A stretch of DNA of 64,000 nt from Candidatus Cloacimonadales bacterium. GTDB lineage: Bacteria > Cloacimonadota > Cloacimonadia > Cloacimonadales > JAIOQZ01. The notes under the pieces were generated by a model. The model was not told the origin of the DNA, searched no databases, and saw only the letters and a list, made by a program, of their open reading frames with translations. This document shows, in pieces, positions 9,975 to 24,265 of the stretch (positions are counted from its first letter, which is position 1; every line of letters begins with the position of its first letter). The DNA is taken from assembly GCA_963665815.1 (NCBI GenBank), contig OY762463.1:800001-864000 (forward strand), written 5' to 3'. Position numbers and translations under genes: made by a program.

Positions 9975-10769
9975 TTATGTTAATAGTGATCCATTTTCAG
10001 CAAGATAATCAACAATAATAAGATTATCATATTTAGCAGCAACATGTAAAGCATTAAGAAAATCCTTATTTTTAATGTTTACATCCGCTTTATTTTTTAT
10101 CAGAAGACGCACAATATCCAAATGATCGTTACGGGCAGCTTCATGTAAGGGGGTGTTTCCGTACTTATTAATTGCGTTAATGTTAGCACCTTTAGTAATA
10201 AGGTATTCAACAATTTCTTTGTGTCCGTTTCTGGCAGAAACATGCAAAGGCGTAGAGTGATCTGCCGTCTGAGGAGAATTCATGACGAGGTCATTATCTT
10301 CATCCACAAGTGATTTCACGATTTCAAGATAACCGTTAAGTGAAGATTTATGCAATGCATAGTCTTTATCGTAGATGGTTTTTGCCTTATGAGCACCCTT
10401 ATTTACTAAATATTCTACAATTTCAGTGTAACCTGCTACAAGAGCTTCATACAATGGATTCTTACCGTAAGAACTTTCAGCATTGATGTTTGCTCCGTTA
10501 CTTATAAGGTATTCAACTATTTCAGAGTTCCCTCTTCTGATAGCTTCGTGCAATGCAGTTAAACCATCATGTTCATTCTTTGCATTGACATCTGCCCCAT
10601 TTTCAACCAGAAACTTAATCACATCTAATTGTCCATGATATGCGGCAACCGGTAAGGCTTTTTCACCATTTTCAGATTGAGTATTAATATTCACACCACT
10701 TTTAAGTAGCTCTTTCATTCTTTCGATATTTCCGCTTATAATTGAGGAAAAGAATTTTCTTGTTAACAT
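9975..10769 (-). CDS. Ankyrin-repeat protein
   Basis: About 6-7 repeats of TPLH.AA..GH.EIV.YL...GA.IN; ATG 10769 has a GGAG RBS. Confidence 0.92.
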   Translation of the reverse strand: MLTRKFFSSIISGNIERMKELLKSGVNINTQSENGEKALPVAAYHGQLDVIKFLVENGADVNAKNEHDGLTALHEAIRRGNSEIVEYLISNGANINAESSYGKNPLYEALVAGYTEIVEYLVNKGAHKAKTIYDKDYALHKSSLNGYLEIVKSLVDEDNDLVMNSPQTADHSTPLHVSARNGHKEIVEYLITKGANINAINKYGNTPLHEAARNDHLDIVRLLIKNKADVNIKNKDFLNALHVAAKYDNLIIVDYLAENGSLLT

Positions 10770-10796
10770 TTTATCTCCAATGACTGTCAAACAATA

Positions 10797-10994
10797 TTAA
10801 ATCTTATCTTTCAGCTTTAACATTAAATTTTTCTTAGCCTTTTTGATTGTAATTCCGACGCCTGTAATTGTAATAAACTCAGGTTGATTATTGGTTTGCA
10901 TATCTCTTTTTGAAAAATCTTCTTTAGCCAACAGAGCAACCACATAATAAACACCATTAATTAATTTAGGTTTAAAGAACTTTCTTATGTACAT
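10797..10994 (-). CDS. Small basic hypothetical protein (weak HicB-N-like pattern)
   Basis: AAGGAG RBS before the ATG, 65 aa, ends 27 nt before the ankyrin start. Confidence 0.55.
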   Translation of the reverse strand: MYIRKFFKPKLINGVYYVVALLAKEDFSKRDMQTNNQPEFITITGVGITIKKAKKNLMLKLKDKI

Positions 10995-11212
10995 TTCTTT
11001 CTCCTTGTGCTTTTGAAAATAATATATTCATTTTTTGGGAAAAAGTAAACATTTAAAAATTAACTACACTCAGTAATTATTTACCATGAAAAGCAATTAT
11101 TAGTTTTTTCACAGAAATAAATCAGAATACTTTTAATCAACTGCTTAGTTTGTAGCCTTGATTGATTAATCATTAGTTAACATCTTTTAGCATAAAGTAA
11201 AATGTATGTCAA

Positions 11213-11240
11213 CAAAAAAAAGACAGCTTTTCGCTGTCTT
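11213..11240 (-). terminator. Intrinsic terminator at the end of the FG-GAP array
   Basis: Minus strand AAGACAGC-GAAAA-GCTGTCTT followed by a T-run. Confidence 0.8.
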
Positions 11241-11264
11241 ATACTGTTTGATAGTATTAAATTA

Positions 11265-13790
11265 TTATTTCAAAAGTAACATTTTTTTATTTTGAACACC
11301 ATCTGCTGTTTTCAGTCTGTAGAAATACACGCCACTGGATACATCTGCTCCATTCAGGTCTTTACCGTTCCAGATTATAGAATGCTCACCTGCATCTACA
11401 TGATCATTCACCAGATTCTTAACTTTCTGTCCCTTAATGTTGTATATTGTGAGTTCTGCATCTCCAGCCTTCGCCATAGAATAACTGATCTTTGTTTCAG
11501 GATTGAAAGGATTGGGGTAGTTGGAAAGGAGATGTGTTTTGTATTGCGGAATTTGCTCGTCTGTGTTTACGGGATTGCCAAAATTATATTTAACTTTGAA
11601 CTTTCCATCAAAGTAATCTATATAAGCAAGGTCTTCACAACCATCTCCATTAAAATCAACCATTGAATAAGAATAGAAACTGTTACCATCCATATTTATA
11701 TTATAAGTGTTCCAGTCGCTGTTTCTTCCATTATTTACTATTGCTTTCAAAGTTGATGCAAGCATTCCTTGCCTGAAAACGATATCCATATCATTATCAT
11801 TATCAATATCCGAAAGTAGTATTCTTTCAAATGGAAAAGTCAGAATAGGCCGAAACCATCCTGCGGAGATACTATCTAGGCTTTCCTCAAAGTAATCTTC
11901 ACTATTATCTCCCCAAAGAACAGAGAATTCACCAGAATCCTGATAGTCTATTGCAAAAACAATATCGAGATATCCATCATTGTCAAAATCGTTACACTCA
12001 TATGTCACATTGGGTGCAGGGAAATTATATAAAGTACTTTCATGATTGAACCCATTCCCGTTATTATTGATGAAACACCCAATTTCTGCAATTCCAAAGT
12101 AGATTCTGACAAATAGTATATCGGGATAGTTGTCTCCATTAATATCAGCAAAAATTAATGGCAAGTTATCAATATAATTCAGTTCAAAATAATCTTCAAG
12201 AGAGAACTGTCCGTTTCGATTTAGATAAATCTTTAATGGAGAAAAGATACCCTGAACAAGAATATCTTGATCTCCATCACAGTCAATATCAATAAAATCA
12301 CATCTAATCTTAAACATAACTTCATCATTTAACGACAAATCTGGAATTCCGGAAGAGTTCATGTACAGACATAATCTGCCTGGAGTTCTATAAGGAAGCG
12401 ATTGAACTTCTTCTATAGTAATGAAATCTGCAATCTCATTGCCATCAATATCACCGATATCATAATCAACTATTAGATTCGTTCTTACAATATTGCTTAA
12501 TGTATCACTTAATGAGCTATTTTGATTAAATAGTGACATGCAATTATTTGTTACTAAAAGGTTAATGTCTTCTTCCTGCAATTTCTCAATGCACTTAACA
12601 GATCTGTAATCCTGCAAACAGAATGCTTCATTAGAATAACTACCATTTACATTATAGTGGACCAGAGGTGCTCCCCCTGTAAATGATGTGTTATGTGTAC
12701 GTCTATAAAATGAGATAACATCTTCATATCCATTGCCATCGAAATCTACAATATCTACAATAGAATTGCATTTAGGGAATGACGGATCAGGTATATAACT
12801 ATCTCCACTTAATCGGTATAGCATTGAATTAAAATTGAAATCGACGAAAATTTCAAATATGTTGTCAATATTGATATCTCTTACTATAACATTTTTAACT
12901 CCTCTTTGAGTTTCAATAATGTTATAAGTATATGTAAATAACTGATTGCTATCATTCAATATAACAGTCAAATGACTATCATCTCTATCAGAATATATTA
13001 GATCTATTAATCAGTCTTCGTTAAAATCAAAGAAACCAATAAAGTCATTACTTTCTGCATCAGGTAGAACTGGATGATAGTTAGTAAAACTCATTAGCGC
13101 AGAATCAAACTCCAGCCACCCAAAAGAATTACGAGCTTCTGTCATAACAAAAAGATCTTTGTCTCCATCTAAATCTACATCATATGCCGATTTATTACTG
13201 TATGCGATGTAATTAACTGTATCCTGGATTTGAACAATGTTGAATGTATCATTTACAGTTGCTCGCCATAGAAAAAGCATATAATTACCACTACAACAAA
13301 GATCTGTTACTCCATCATTATTAAAATCATCACCTACAGTAATTGCTTGCCCCATCAGATCAGAAAAGGAAATTACAGAATCTGTAAAATTTCCAAATCC
13401 ATTATTTTTGTATAGTTTCACCCATATATTTGTTGTATGAACAATATCATTATCACCATCATCATCAATATCAAAAATCGAAATGTTTCTCATTGAAGTT
13501 AAATAGTCCCCAATAATGTTCTCTTCACCTAAAATACCATTATTATTTTTGAACCAGACAAGTTGATGGCTTTGAGTGGAATAAGTGACTAAATCCTTTA
13601 AACCATCCCCATCAATGTCTCCAAAAATAGATTCACTACCCATTATTTTGGGCACAACAGATGAATAATCAATCGAACTTTGAAAATAAGGATCCGAAAA
13701 GCACTCAGGGATTATAATTAGTAGAAATGCAATAGACAGAAATAGTTTTAACTTATTGTATCCACATGTATTTATGATACTAATTTCCAT
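11265..13790 (-). pseudogene. FG-GAP/VCBS repeat protein with CTD (array gene A), interrupted by one in-frame TGA at 13011-13013
   Basis: ORFs 13011-13790 and 11265-12971 share a frame; the junction reads FFDFNED*LIDLIYSDRDDSHLTVILN, with the stop at the Gly of a DxNxDG motif. Joined length ~841 aa matches the paralogues. Confidence 0.85.
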
Positions 13791-13831
13791 GTAAACTCCT
13801 TAATAATTTTGATAACTACTTCTTATATACA

Positions 13832-16279
13832 CTATTTAAGAAGTAACATTTTTCTATTTTGAACACCATCTGCTGTTTTCAGTCTGTAGAAATACACGCC
13901 ACTGGATACATCTGCTCCATTCTGGTCTTTACCGTTCCAGATTATAGAATGTTCTCCTGCTTCGACATGATCGTTCACCAGAGTTTTTACTTTCTGCCCT
14001 TTTATGTTATAGATTGTAAGCTCTGCATTGCCGGTCTTTGCCATAGAGAAACCGATCTTTGTTTCAGGATTGAAAGGATTGGGATAGTTGGAAAGAAGAG
14101 TTGTCTTATAATGCGAGATTAGTTGGTCATTACAACCCAACAAAGACTCATTATAGATAAGATTGAGCTTACCGGAAAGCCTGTCTACATAGACAATATC
14201 AACTAAATCATCACTATTAAAGTCCACGCAAACAGCACTTACCATGCCTTCTTCTTCAATTAGAGATATTTGATTCCAGGACTCATCAGCACCTCGGTTC
14301 TCATATATAGTGATAGATCCTCGAGTGTCACTATTATATCCTCTACCGACATATAACAGATCTTTATCTCCATCATTATCAAAATCTACAACTGAAGAAT
14401 TCGAAAAGAAAAAATCATTATCACCAATAACCTGTTCCTCGCTGTTCATGAAGTTATAATTAGAATTTCCGGTGAAAATGCAAATAGTATTATTGCTGTT
14501 TACTCCATATACTATTAAATCTTTGTAGCCATCATTATCCACGTCTTCTAGAAGATAATAATTTATCGGTGAATCTCCGATAGCACTATGTTGTGTAAAA
14601 GTGAAGTCTCCATTTCCGTCCATATTGACTAGTTCTCCTGTATCTTTACAATATAGAATATCCGGCACACCATCATTATTTAAGTCATCTATTGTCATTT
14701 TTCTCCAATAATCCTGAAGTGTTTCATCGGCTAAGAAGTTAAAGATTCCTTCGTCGTTCTCATAGAATCTTATTACACCTCTTGAGAAGTCGTAAATATC
14801 CATATCTCCATCTGCATCAAAATCAGAAAATCCCCAACTAAGTCCTCCCTGATCTGCTAAAGATAAATGCTGGTATGGTTGTTGTCCATCATATGTAAGA
14901 TGCAAGAAACGTCCTATTGGATCATCATTCATTCTTGCATAAAAGATATAGTCAAGTTGTCCATTTGAATTCACATCCACACAATCAAATCCGGACAAGT
15001 CTCTGCAACATAGCACGGTGCTCAGAGAAACACCCATATCATCATTAAACCTCATCTCACCTAACACATTGCGATTACAGTATGAAATCAAAGTTTCACC
15101 GGCAACATCACTGAGCTTTAGACCATGAACGTCTATGAGGGAATTTACTTCAATGTTTTCTCTGGAGAACTGCCCATTATTATTAAGATGAACACAAAAA
15201 ATATCATCGGCAATTTCAGTTACAATCTCAGGGTAATTATCATCATTGCAGTCCCTGATCCATATATGCAAGGCATGCTCCATGTTTTGGGTAATTAGTT
15301 GATAACTTGTATCTGTTTTCATGAATATATAAATTCTATCATTCCGGTTACTATGTAGAACAAAATCATCCAGATTATCATCATTTAAGTCAGTCTTTAA
15401 AACACTTGTTAAAAGATCAAAGAAGTACCCCGCAACAAGTGTACTATCAGAGAAGCTCTGATTAATATCATTTTCATAAACTATTACACAACTGAGATCA
15501 CTGTTCCAATGAAGAATATCTGGCAAATCATCATCATTATAGTTTATTAGAATAAACAAATCGTGTTCAGTAATATTAACTGGTAGTGTATGCCTTACAA
15601 AATTAACAATTAACGGATCGAACTCAAACCAGACAGCAACACTGTCGGTATAGTCGTATCCCAGAATATCGTCATATCCATCATTGTTTAAATCTGCAAT
15701 GAAATCATATTTCTGACTGCTTTTGTTAAATGATGTATGCTGATTCAGAATTACTGCAAATGAATCAGTAACAGTCGATCTCCATATTAATGCAGAACCT
15801 GAATTACCTGCAGTATAAATATCCATAATACCATCAAGGTTGAAATCATTTACTACAAGTAATTCTCCATTCATCAGTTGCGAATCAATAGTTATTGAAT
15901 TGTTTACATTGAACTGTCCGTTTCCATCATTAAAATAAATATTTATGTTTTGATCTAGTTCTGTTGAAACTACCAGATCAAGTGCAGCATCATTATTCAT
16001 ATCAAAGCAATCAAGAGATAAAATAGATGTCAGCTGCAAATCCATACGATGTTCAGAATCAAAAACCCCATCAATATCAGAATCTTCAACCCAATAAATA
16101 CCATCCAGATCAAAATCTACAACATCAATAACACTGTCATTATTGATATCTACTTCTAAGTTATTACCTTCTTTATAGTTGCTGTTACTATTGTAAATTT
16201 CTAAGGGTTCACTGAAACTAATAGCCCCCAATAAACACCAGATTGACATCATTATTATAGAAACCAGTTTAACTTGCAT
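13832..16279 (-). CDS. Secreted FG-GAP/VCBS repeat protein with FlgD-Ig/T9SS-A-like CTD (array gene B)
   Basis: GGAGG RBS before ATG 16279, signal peptide, many Dx[DN]xDGxxD motifs, [13 protein letters not shown]. Confidence 0.9.
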   Translation of the reverse strand: MQVKLVSIIMMSIWCLLGAISFSEPLEIYNSNSNYKEGNNLEVDINNDSVIDVVDFDLDGIYWVEDSDIDGVFDSEHRMDLQLTSILSLDCFDMNNDAALDLVVSTELDQNINIYFNDGNGQFNVNNSITIDSQLMNGELLVVNDFNLDGIMDIYTAGNSGSALIWRSTVTDSFAVILNQHTSFNKSSQKYDFIADLNNDGYDDILGYDYTDSVAVWFEFDPLIVNFVRHTLPVNITEHDLFILINYNDDDLPDILHWNSDLSCVIVYENDINQSFSDSTLVAGYFFDLLTSVLKTDLNDDNLDDFVLHSNRNDRIYIFMKTDTSYQLITQNMEHALHIWIRDCNDDNYPEIVTEIADDIFCVHLNNNGQFSRENIEVNSLIDVHGLKLSDVAGETLISYCNRNVLGEMRFNDDMGVSLSTVLCCRDLSGFDCVDVNSNGQLDYIFYARMNDDPIGRFLHLTYDGQQPYQHLSLADQGGLSWGFSDFDADGDMDIYDFSRGVIRFYENDEGIFNFLADETLQDYWRKMTIDDLNNDGVPDILYCKDTGELVNMDGNGDFTFTQHSAIGDSPINYYLLEDVDNDGYKDLIVYGVNSNNTICIFTGNSNYNFMNSEEQVIGDNDFFFSNSSVVDFDNDGDKDLLYVGRGYNSDTRGSITIYENRGADESWNQISLIEEEGMVSAVCVDFNSDDLVDIVYVDRLSGKLNLIYNESLLGCNDQLISHYKTTLLSNYPNPFNPETKIGFSMAKTGNAELTIYNIKGQKVKTLVNDHVEAGEHSIIWNGKDQNGADVSSGVYFYRLKTADGVQNRKMLLLK

Positions 16280-16536
16280 TTTTCCTCCAAAATACATATT
16301 GCCTTAAGAAAATATTACATTGCTTATCAGTTTTTAAAAATTATAAGAAAAAATAGTTAGAAACATGCAATTTATAAGTAATTGCAATTTTGATTGAAAG
16401 AATATGAATATATGATTTCACAACCTATACTTATAACAACTTTTAAGCCTTGTAACCTCCGCTTATATGTATCTCTGGATTAAAAAAAAATGAAAACTAA
16501 ACCGACAATTCACACGCATATCTTAATCTGTCAATA

Positions 16537-16565
16537 AAAAAGACAGCCGAAGCTGCCTTTTTTTT
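16537..16565 (-). terminator. Intrinsic terminator after array gene C (possibly bidirectional)
   Basis: Minus strand AGGCAGC-TTCG-GCTGTCT followed by a T-run; related to the 11213-11240 terminator. Confidence 0.8.
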
Positions 16566-16584
16566 AGTTGACTTGATTAATACA

Positions 16585-19134
16585 TTATTTCAAAAGTAAC
16601 ATTTTTTTATTTTGAACACCATCTGCTGTTTTCAGTCTGTAGAAATACACGCCACTGGATACATCTGCTCCATTCAGGTCTTTACCGTTCCAGATTATAG
16701 AATGCTCACCTGCATCTACATGATCATTCACCAGATTCTTAACTTTCTGTCCCTTTATGTTGTAGATTGTGAGTTCTGCATCTCCAGCCTTCGCCATAGA
16801 ATAACTGATCTTTGTTTCAGGATTGAATGGATTGGGGTAGTTAGCGTTTAAGACATTACTGAAGTCAGAAGTTTCATCTTCTCGATTTGATATATGTACT
16901 GGCTCTACTTCTATACTGCAAATATCATTAGTTCTATAATCCATAAATATGAACTCATTCAGATTGTCTTCATCCATACCAGCAATTCCTACTTTCAAAG
17001 CGCAATAATCTTCAGGAATATCAATTGTGCATGGATACCATGAATCATTGTTATTCTGAAGAATAACCAGTCCTTCTGGATTCATTACGGAATGAACAAT
17101 TAGATCCTTGTCTCCGTCAAAATCAATATCTTCTACCTTCACATATCTGCCTTCAAACTCTAAACTATTATACTCTATATTGTCAGTATATATGATTTCA
17201 CCTGATTGATTTACCATAGAGCTGTCATTAATACCATAATGAATAGCAACATTACTACCGTTTGCCATATAGCTTGAATATATGATAAAATCATCCTTGG
17301 AATCCATGTTTAAATCATCTACTACAACCTCATCAAAACTGACTGATGGTGTCAGTAAAACATTGAAATCTCCAAAATTCTGATTTCCATCATTAAGAGA
17401 ATATACAATCTGGCCTGTATTGTAACTCACCACTATAATATCCTTATATCCATCATTATTAACATCCGAGACATTAACTGAGCTAATTCTAATAATATCA
17501 TGATCACAAACTACAGATATATCTCTAATACTCCTTCTATCGATCTGCTGAGTATTATCTAAACGAGTTGATGAACAATGCAATGTCATCCTGTGAAAAC
17601 CTTTTTCGAATAGAATGTAATCATTAATTGAGTCAGAATCAATATCCTCAACATATATCCCCGGATACCCCCCGTATGAATCGTAAACATCCGGACGTAT
17701 TGTTGAAGACTGGTCCAGACAATAGTAAAAATAGTTCATATCAGATGTATGATTCTGAATTTTCTTAAGTACCATTATTTCATAAGCGTTGTCACTATCA
17801 AAATTATTAACTGCTGAGCAAGTCGTAATTCCTCTTGGAGTATCAATAAAAAAAGGACTCTGAATTCCATTATCACCGCATTCTAAAGATCCAAAGTAAA
17901 GACTTTTTAGAAACAGTTCCATTGTTCCGTTGTCATCATAATCAATATAACTTACTTCAGCATTTCGATTTATTCCCCTAACAATACCAGTGTTCAGATT
18001 AGTACTTAGATTTTGACCATACACAAGATAATCTAAACCATTATAACAATATACTAAGTCTTGCTTTCCATCTCCATCAATATCGCATAAACTTGTGTTA
18101 AAATTTATCTGATCGCTTTGTGATTCTACATGTAGCCTTCCATTTTCAAAGTCAAGTATCTCAATACTGAACTTATTGGTAATAATTGTTTCTGTTTCAT
18201 CATCATCATCAATGTTGCCCTGTATAATTATACCTTCAGGGTCGAAGACACAACTGTTTGTTACAGAAGTATATGATGTAAGGAAATTATCCTGCAAATT
18301 GCTGAGTGTATCTGCTTCATTAACTCTAACCTCAAAGTTGTTGTTTGTATCAAAGAAAATCATATCTGAAAATGAGCCTGCTCCCGGTTCTGCCATAATC
18401 AGTTTTGAGAACATTGGAAAATAGAAGTTGAATGTAATAATATTATCATATAAACACAATGCACTATTGTTCAACATCCAGATACACTCCAAAGAGTCTG
18501 TTTCTGAATTAAACTTATAAGCAAGAATATCAACATCAGAGTCATTTTCAAAATCACTGAATATTTTCTCGTAACTATTATAAAAAGCCATATCGAAGTC
18601 AGAAGTCAAACAATGAGTATCGAAGTCATTATTTAAAAAATTTCTCTTGAAGTATGAGTTTTCCCCCATTACCAGAATCTCTGAAACACCATCGCCATCC
18701 AGATCTGCAACTCTGAACTCCTCACTTTGATTAACAACATTAAAAATATTTTGACCTGAGAGATGCTGGTATGTTGAATCTCCATAGAATATTCTTCCAT
18801 GGCCACTGTTAATGCAGAAAAAGTCATTGAAATTGTCTCCATTAAAGTCAGCAACGTAATCAATATCATAGCTATCAATGTAGTTTGTACTGAAACCCAA
18901 CGGGATCAAACCATTAAAATCGGAATTATCATTTCTTATCCAGAAAAGCTCTCGACTTGAACGTTTCTGAGTAATAATATCGTCATCTCCATCCATATCA
19001 AGATCAATAAAAATTGAGTTTTCTACTCTGAAATCATCATATAGTGACTTCAGAACAATTGGTTCATTATATGTAAATTCTCCAGATAGAACTGCAATAA
19101 CTAACCATAGGTAACAAGCAGCAGCATACTTCAT
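16585..19134 (-). CDS. Secreted FG-GAP/VCBS repeat protein with CTD (array gene C)
   Basis: GAGGAGG RBS before ATG 19134 (MKYAAAC...), DxDxDG repeats, CTD identical in protein to gene A. Confidence 0.9.
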   Translation of the reverse strand: MKYAAACYLWLVIAVLSGEFTYNEPIVLKSLYDDFRVENSIFIDLDMDGDDDIITQKRSSRELFWIRNDNSDFNGLIPLGFSTNYIDSYDIDYVADFNGDNFNDFFCINSGHGRIFYGDSTYQHLSGQNIFNVVNQSEEFRVADLDGDGVSEILVMGENSYFKRNFLNNDFDTHCLTSDFDMAFYNSYEKIFSDFENDSDVDILAYKFNSETDSLECIWMLNNSALCLYDNIITFNFYFPMFSKLIMAEPGAGSFSDMIFFDTNNNFEVRVNEADTLSNLQDNFLTSYTSVTNSCVFDPEGIIIQGNIDDDDETETIITNKFSIEILDFENGRLHVESQSDQINFNTSLCDIDGDGKQDLVYCYNGLDYLVYGQNLSTNLNTGIVRGINRNAEVSYIDYDDNGTMELFLKSLYFGSLECGDNGIQSPFFIDTPRGITTCSAVNNFDSDNAYEIMVLKKIQNHTSDMNYFYYCLDQSSTIRPDVYDSYGGYPGIYVEDIDSDSINDYILFEKGFHRMTLHCSSTRLDNTQQIDRRSIRDISVVCDHDIIRISSVNVSDVNNDGYKDIIVVSYNTGQIVYSLNDGNQNFGDFNVLLTPSVSFDEVVVDDLNMDSKDDFIIYSSYMANGSNVAIHYGINDSSMVNQSGEIIYTDNIEYNSLEFEGRYVKVEDIDFDGDKDLIVHSVMNPEGLVILQNNNDSWYPCTIDIPEDYCALKVGIAGMDEDNLNEFIFMDYRTNDICSIEVEPVHISNREDETSDFSNVLNANYPNPFNPETKISYSMAKAGDAELTIYNIKGQKVKNLVNDHVDAGEHSIIWNGKDLNGADVSSGVYFYRLKTADGVQNKKMLLLK

Positions 19135-19240
19135 AATTCCTCCTCTTATACTACTATAGAATATTGATTCCCCAATCTGTTCCATCATAAATATCTTCCT
19201 GTTTTGCCATGAACTCAAAAAAATTACGATGCATATCAAG

Positions 19241-19290
19241 TTTGAGAGCTTTGCTGATTAATCATATATTGACAGAGCAAAGCTCTCAAA
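19241..19290 (-). repeat. Post-stop hairpin element, copy after gene D
   Basis: 15-bp perfect inverted repeat TTTGAGAGCTTTGCT...AGCAAAGCTCTCAAA, 4 nt after the stop. Confidence 0.85.
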
Positions 19291-19294
19291 GTCA

Positions 19295-21763
19295 TTATTT
19301 CAAAAGTAACATTTTTCTGTTTTGAACACCATCTGCTGTTTTCAGTCTGTAGAAATATACACCACTGGAAACATCAGAACCTTTTTCATCTTTACCATTC
19401 CAGATTATAGAATGCTCACCTGCATCTACATGATCGTTCACCAGATTCTTAACTTTCTGTCCCTTTATGTTGTAGATTGTGAGTTCTGCATCTCCAGCCT
19501 TCGCCATAGAATAACTGATCTTTGTTTCTGGATTGAATGGGTTAGGGTAGTTGGAAAGGAGTTGAGTAGAGTATTCAAACTTGTTATAATCCATATTGGC
19601 AATAGAATTATCACAGTTGTTTTCAAATAGATATATTTTCCCGTTTGAGAAATCATGGAAAAGAATATCCACATCATTATCATAATTAAGTGTGAAAGTA
19701 CTACAACTCGTCAAATCCATCAACCCCAGAACGTTGTTTAAGTTAATTGAATCTCTTCCGCAATTTTCAGCAATAACTAATTCGTAATGTTCAGGCTCAT
19801 TCTTAACATAGTAAATATCCAGATCATCATCGTTGTCAAAATCAGCAATACCACTAAAACTATATCTTGCTCCATGGGTATCAATTACTCTTACATCCTT
19901 GAGAAGAGAATCCTGAAAGCTATAGAATATTTTTGTTGTGTCACCGGAAGCGCAAAAATCCAAGCGTCCATCCATATCAAAATCAACAATTTTGACATTC
20001 TGAAAATGATTCAGTTCAGAATAAGAGCTAATCAATGTGAAACCAAAATTCTCGTTATTCTGAAACAAACTGTAACCGGCATTCATTTCACTTCCCGAAA
20101 AATCAACTAATCCATCATCATTAAGATCTATAAAATCAGTTTTCTTGCTAAAGGACACATCACAAAGCGTATTAACAAGAGAAAACTGATTATTGCAGTT
20201 CTCAAAAAAGAATAATTTATTCACTCTGTTCTGTAAGTTTAAAGTTGCATTGCAGACAATATCCAAATCAGAATCATTATCAAAATCAATAAATTTCAGG
20301 AACGAGCAACTACCATATTCCGATAAATCATTTAATGATAAAAGTACTTGAGTTTTAACTCCATTAATATATACACAGAGAAAATCTTCTAATTCGCCGG
20401 GGATTAAACAGTTATAGTAAGAAAAAATAATATAGTCTCTTACGCCGTTGTTATCCAGATCTGCATCATCGTGAAGATTAATCCATGACAAACCTGACAG
20501 TGGAGGATCAATATAAGCCAGAGTATCCTGAGTCTATACCAGTCCTCCTATGATGTGTCTGCCTCTATAGGAAATAATGTTATCATCACATTTGTAACAA
20601 TTTAGGAACACAGAACTGAGGCTTCTCAAATCTGCATTACAAGAGTAAAAACAACCGTTATCACTGTAGATTACGTTCCCGCTTGAACAGATTAAGTCTT
20701 TATAACCGTCATTGTTAACATCATAAGTATTTACAGGGAGAAAACCCTTCAAAGTGCTCTCATGAATAAAGCTCATGCTGCTTCCTGAAGTCACATTCTT
20801 GTAAACCCAAGCATCACCGATTTGTTTTTGCACAACGAAATCATCTCTTCCATCATTATTGAAGTCATCAAAATAGATATGCCAAAAGTCCCTGAGGCTA
20901 TCCTGCAGAATTACCTGATCTGAAAATCCGAAACCTGAGTTATTCAGCAAAAATCTTATTCCTTCATCAATCATACTTATTCCAATATCAGGAAAGCAAT
21001 CCCCATTCAATTCAATAACCTCAGGCACGCAATATTCATCTGTTTGAGGTGCTACATTATGTGTAATACTGAAGTTATTTATGTTCATGTCGAACTCAAG
21101 CCAGGCAAGAGAATCTCCAGCAGAATTACTTCCAAAAATATCTAAATCTCCATCATTGTCGAAGTCTGCAATAGATTGAATATTTTGTACGGATATTCTA
21201 TTACTCTTGAAAATAAAATCACATAAAGAAGTATTAACACTGAAGTCATCATCAGTAAAATTTCTGGTGCAGAAAGCAATAGTATTTGTAAAATTATCTG
21301 CTGCAAGTATATCTTCAAGATTGTCATTATTGATATCATCAATTATCAGATTTGTAATATTGCTCAGACCTGTTTCAAACTGTCTGTACAAATTGAAGTT
21401 TCCGGTTCCATCATTATAATAAATATAAATAGTTCCTGATGTTTCATTGCAGATAACAACATCTTCAAACCCATCATTAGTCACATTTGCCACACTGGCA
21501 TGAATATAATAATTATCAAATTCATGGATTACGTGGCAAATATCACCATTATTGTCACAATCTGTATCTTCATCCCAAACAACTTGGCAGCTAGTGATTC
21601 GAATCCTGTCCAGATCACCGTCCTGATCCACATCCAGAATAGATTCATGACTCCAGAATTTATGCCCACCGTTATTATATGCAAGAGATGCCTTGTTAAA
21701 CTCAATTTCACCAAAGAGAAAAACTGATGTAAAAAAAATGATAAGAACTAATATCTTTCCCAT
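19295..21763 (-). pseudogene. FG-GAP/VCBS repeat protein with CTD (array gene D), interrupted by one in-frame TAG at 20534-20536
   Basis: ORFs 20534-21790 and 19295-20491 share a frame; the junction reads [26 protein letters not shown]. Joined length ~822 aa; GAGG RBS before ATG 21763. Confidence 0.85.
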
Positions 21764-21814
21764 TATTTCCTCATTATTTATTTGTTCCAAGTGTTATTAC
21801 TATTCATTTTAGAG

Positions 21815-24265
21815 TTACTTCAAAAGTAACATTTTCCTGTTTTGAACACCATCTGCTGTTTTCAGTCTGTAGAAATACACACCACTTGAAACATCAGAGT
21901 CTTTTTCATCTTTACCATTCCAGATTATAGAATGCTCTCCGGATTCGACATGATCGTTTATCAGAGTTTTTACTTTCTGTCCCTTTATGTTATATATTGT
22001 CAGATTTGCACTGCCGGCTTTCGCCATTGAATATTTGATATTTGTTTCCGGATTGAACGGATTTGGGTAGTTAGCGTAGAGTTGTGTATTACAGAACGAC
22101 AAATCATGTTTTCTTATTCCCGTATGTATGTTGTTATATAATATGTACATTTCCCCTGTCACATTATCAAGGTAAACAATATCATCAGTTCCATTCTGAT
22201 CAACATCACCTGAAGACATTCTCACTATGTTATCAGGTATATGAGCAAGAGTCACTATTTCCCAGTTTGTGCTATCAACCGGATTTAGAGCAACATCAAT
22301 CAAACTTTCCCAAACGATTTCACCATAATGAAAATTGTTAACAGCAATATCTTTAACACCATCATTATTGAAATCTCCAAGTTCAATACTATATATATAT
22401 CCTGGGAAAAATAATGTATCAGGTACCTGACTGAAGCTGAAAGAAGAGTTACTACCCTCTCCATAACGAATGAGGAGATTATTTCTGGAAGAATCATCCT
22501 TGACAATCATATCAATGCGTCCATCCAGGTTAAGATCGTCAAAGGCAATGATATCAGAACTGATATCTGCTATCCATTCTGATAATCCAAAGCTGAATAA
22601 GCCATTATTCTTTATCCAGAAAAGTTGATCATTACTTCCAGTATATACAATATCCCTGATGCCGTCATTATCCATATCAACATATTTGCATGTATTTCTG
22701 TAAAATAGATTATCTGTATTCACAACCACAGAGTCTACTAAAGTTCCATTTTCATTGCTGAATAAATGGGTATTCTCATTGCGTATATCAATTAAGTCCA
22801 TATCTCCGTCAAAATCAAGATCAACAAACATTAATTCACGTCCACCACGATAATTACTATCATCAAGGATGATGTTCTGACCATTCAAAGACAAAATCAG
22901 TGCTTTGGTATCATCGTCGGTATAAGTTGCATAAGCGCAGTCAAGTTGTCCATCCCCATCTACATCTGCAAAAGCAGCGTCACTTACCGTAGCTATCCCT
23001 GGAGTAAGAAAATTTGAGTGAACAAACATACTGTCTTCTAACATGAGATAATTAAGATTGTAACGATGTCTGCACCCCAAAAAAAACCGATCATCATGAA
23101 TTATTAATGATATCTCATCCGTATTTCTAAATGAACTCACTCTTATGTTTTCATTATCGATATTTCCATTGTTGTTCTTATATACTCTGAAAATATACGT
23201 GTCAGGTTCGGTAACAATTTCTTTGTACTCATCTCCATCAAAATCTTTGAACCAGAGGTTACCCCCTGTACCATACAAATTGCAATCAAAAATAAAACCG
23301 GTTCCATTATTTACATATATGCCTGCCTTCTCTCCATAGTATAAGATAATTAAATCATCACGGGCATCCTGATTCAGGTCATATTTGTAGATATCATAGA
23401 CTGAATCCAGATTGTTAAACAGAATTGAAGAGTTTGAGAAGCTCTGATTTTCATCATTTTCGAACATCTGAATTGCATTCAAACTATCTGAATAAACCAG
23501 GAGGTCTGTTAAACCGTCTGAATTGACATCAATTGGAGTAATACCGGAATTTTCCCCCATGAATCTAATCGGAAGTTGATGATATATAAAACTATTTGTA
23601 TTGGGATCGAACTCACGCCAGTTATAAGGTTCGTTATATCCTGCAAAACCAACAACATCCATATAACTATCATTATTTAAATCAGCAAGAGAACAATATC
23701 TGTCATATTTATCCTGAATTGTTCCATATGGTAATGCAATTGAATTGAAAGGTGCCGTTGTCTGAGTTCTGGAAAAGTACTTAACTGAATCACCATCACA
23801 GGTATAAATATCCTGAATTCCGTCCTGATTAAAATCATGAATGAGAATCATTCCAAAATTTCCAATAGAAGTTTCCAGTGCATCCATATTATTCATGCTG
23901 AAGTCACCTGTTCCATTTCCGTAGAATATATACAAGTTATGATCCCCATCGAATTTAGCAATGATTTCTTCAGTTCCATCATTATTCATATCAACATAAT
24001 CCAACGAATAAAAATTGTTTGTAAAATGACCAACATAATGTTTGGTGTCCGGGATGGAATCTCCATCAGTGTCCTCAGCCCAGTATGGACCATCCTGATC
24101 ATAAAATATAACATCGAGATTGCCATCCGAGTTCACATCATCAACAAATCCGTCCTGATCAAGGAAGTTTTGATCACTATTGGCAATTTCAACCGGACCG
24201 GTAAAATCAACTGCCCAAATATTGCAAACCATTAACAAAACAATTGATACAAGATGATGTCTCAT
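21815..24265 (-). CDS. Secreted FG-GAP/VCBS repeat protein with CTD (array gene E)
   Basis: GGAGG RBS before ATG 24265, signal peptide, DxNxDG repeats, CTD; body closest to gene F. Confidence 0.9.
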   Translation of the reverse strand: MRHHLVSIVLLMVCNIWAVDFTGPVEIANSDQNFLDQDGFVDDVNSDGNLDVIFYDQDGPYWAEDTDGDSIPDTKHYVGHFTNNFYSLDYVDMNNDGTEEIIAKFDGDHNLYIFYGNGTGDFSMNNMDALETSIGNFGMILIHDFNQDGIQDIYTCDGDSVKYFSRTQTTAPFNSIALPYGTIQDKYDRYCSLADLNNDSYMDVVGFAGYNEPYNWREFDPNTNSFIYHQLPIRFMGENSGITPIDVNSDGLTDLLVYSDSLNAIQMFENDENQSFSNSSILFNNLDSVYDIYKYDLNQDARDDLIILYYGEKAGIYVNNGTGFIFDCNLYGTGGNLWFKDFDGDEYKEIVTEPDTYIFRVYKNNNGNIDNENIRVSSFRNTDEISLIIHDDRFFLGCRHRYNLNYLMLEDSMFVHSNFLTPGIATVSDAAFADVDGDGQLDCAYATYTDDDTKALILSLNGQNIILDDSNYRGGRELMFVDLDFDGDMDLIDIRNENTHLFSNENGTLVDSVVVNTDNLFYRNTCKYVDMDNDGIRDIVYTGSNDQLFWIKNNGLFSFGLSEWIADISSDIIAFDDLNLDGRIDMIVKDDSSRNNLLIRYGEGSNSSFSFSQVPDTLFFPGYIYSIELGDFNNDGVKDIAVNNFHYGEIVWESLIDVALNPVDSTNWEIVTLAHIPDNIVRMSSGDVDQNGTDDIVYLDNVTGEMYILYNNIHTGIRKHDLSFCNTQLYANYPNPFNPETNIKYSMAKAGSANLTIYNIKGQKVKTLINDHVESGEHSIIWNGKDEKDSDVSSGVYFYRLKTADGVQNRKMLLLK

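Noticed and set aside
13011-20536. Stop-codon reassignment, selenocysteine or pyrrolysine
   Set aside because: TGA and TAG end normal genes here (TGA: 8985, 53241, 63516; TAG: 9181, 53267). The two internal stops are different codons, and the TGA sits at a structural Gly.
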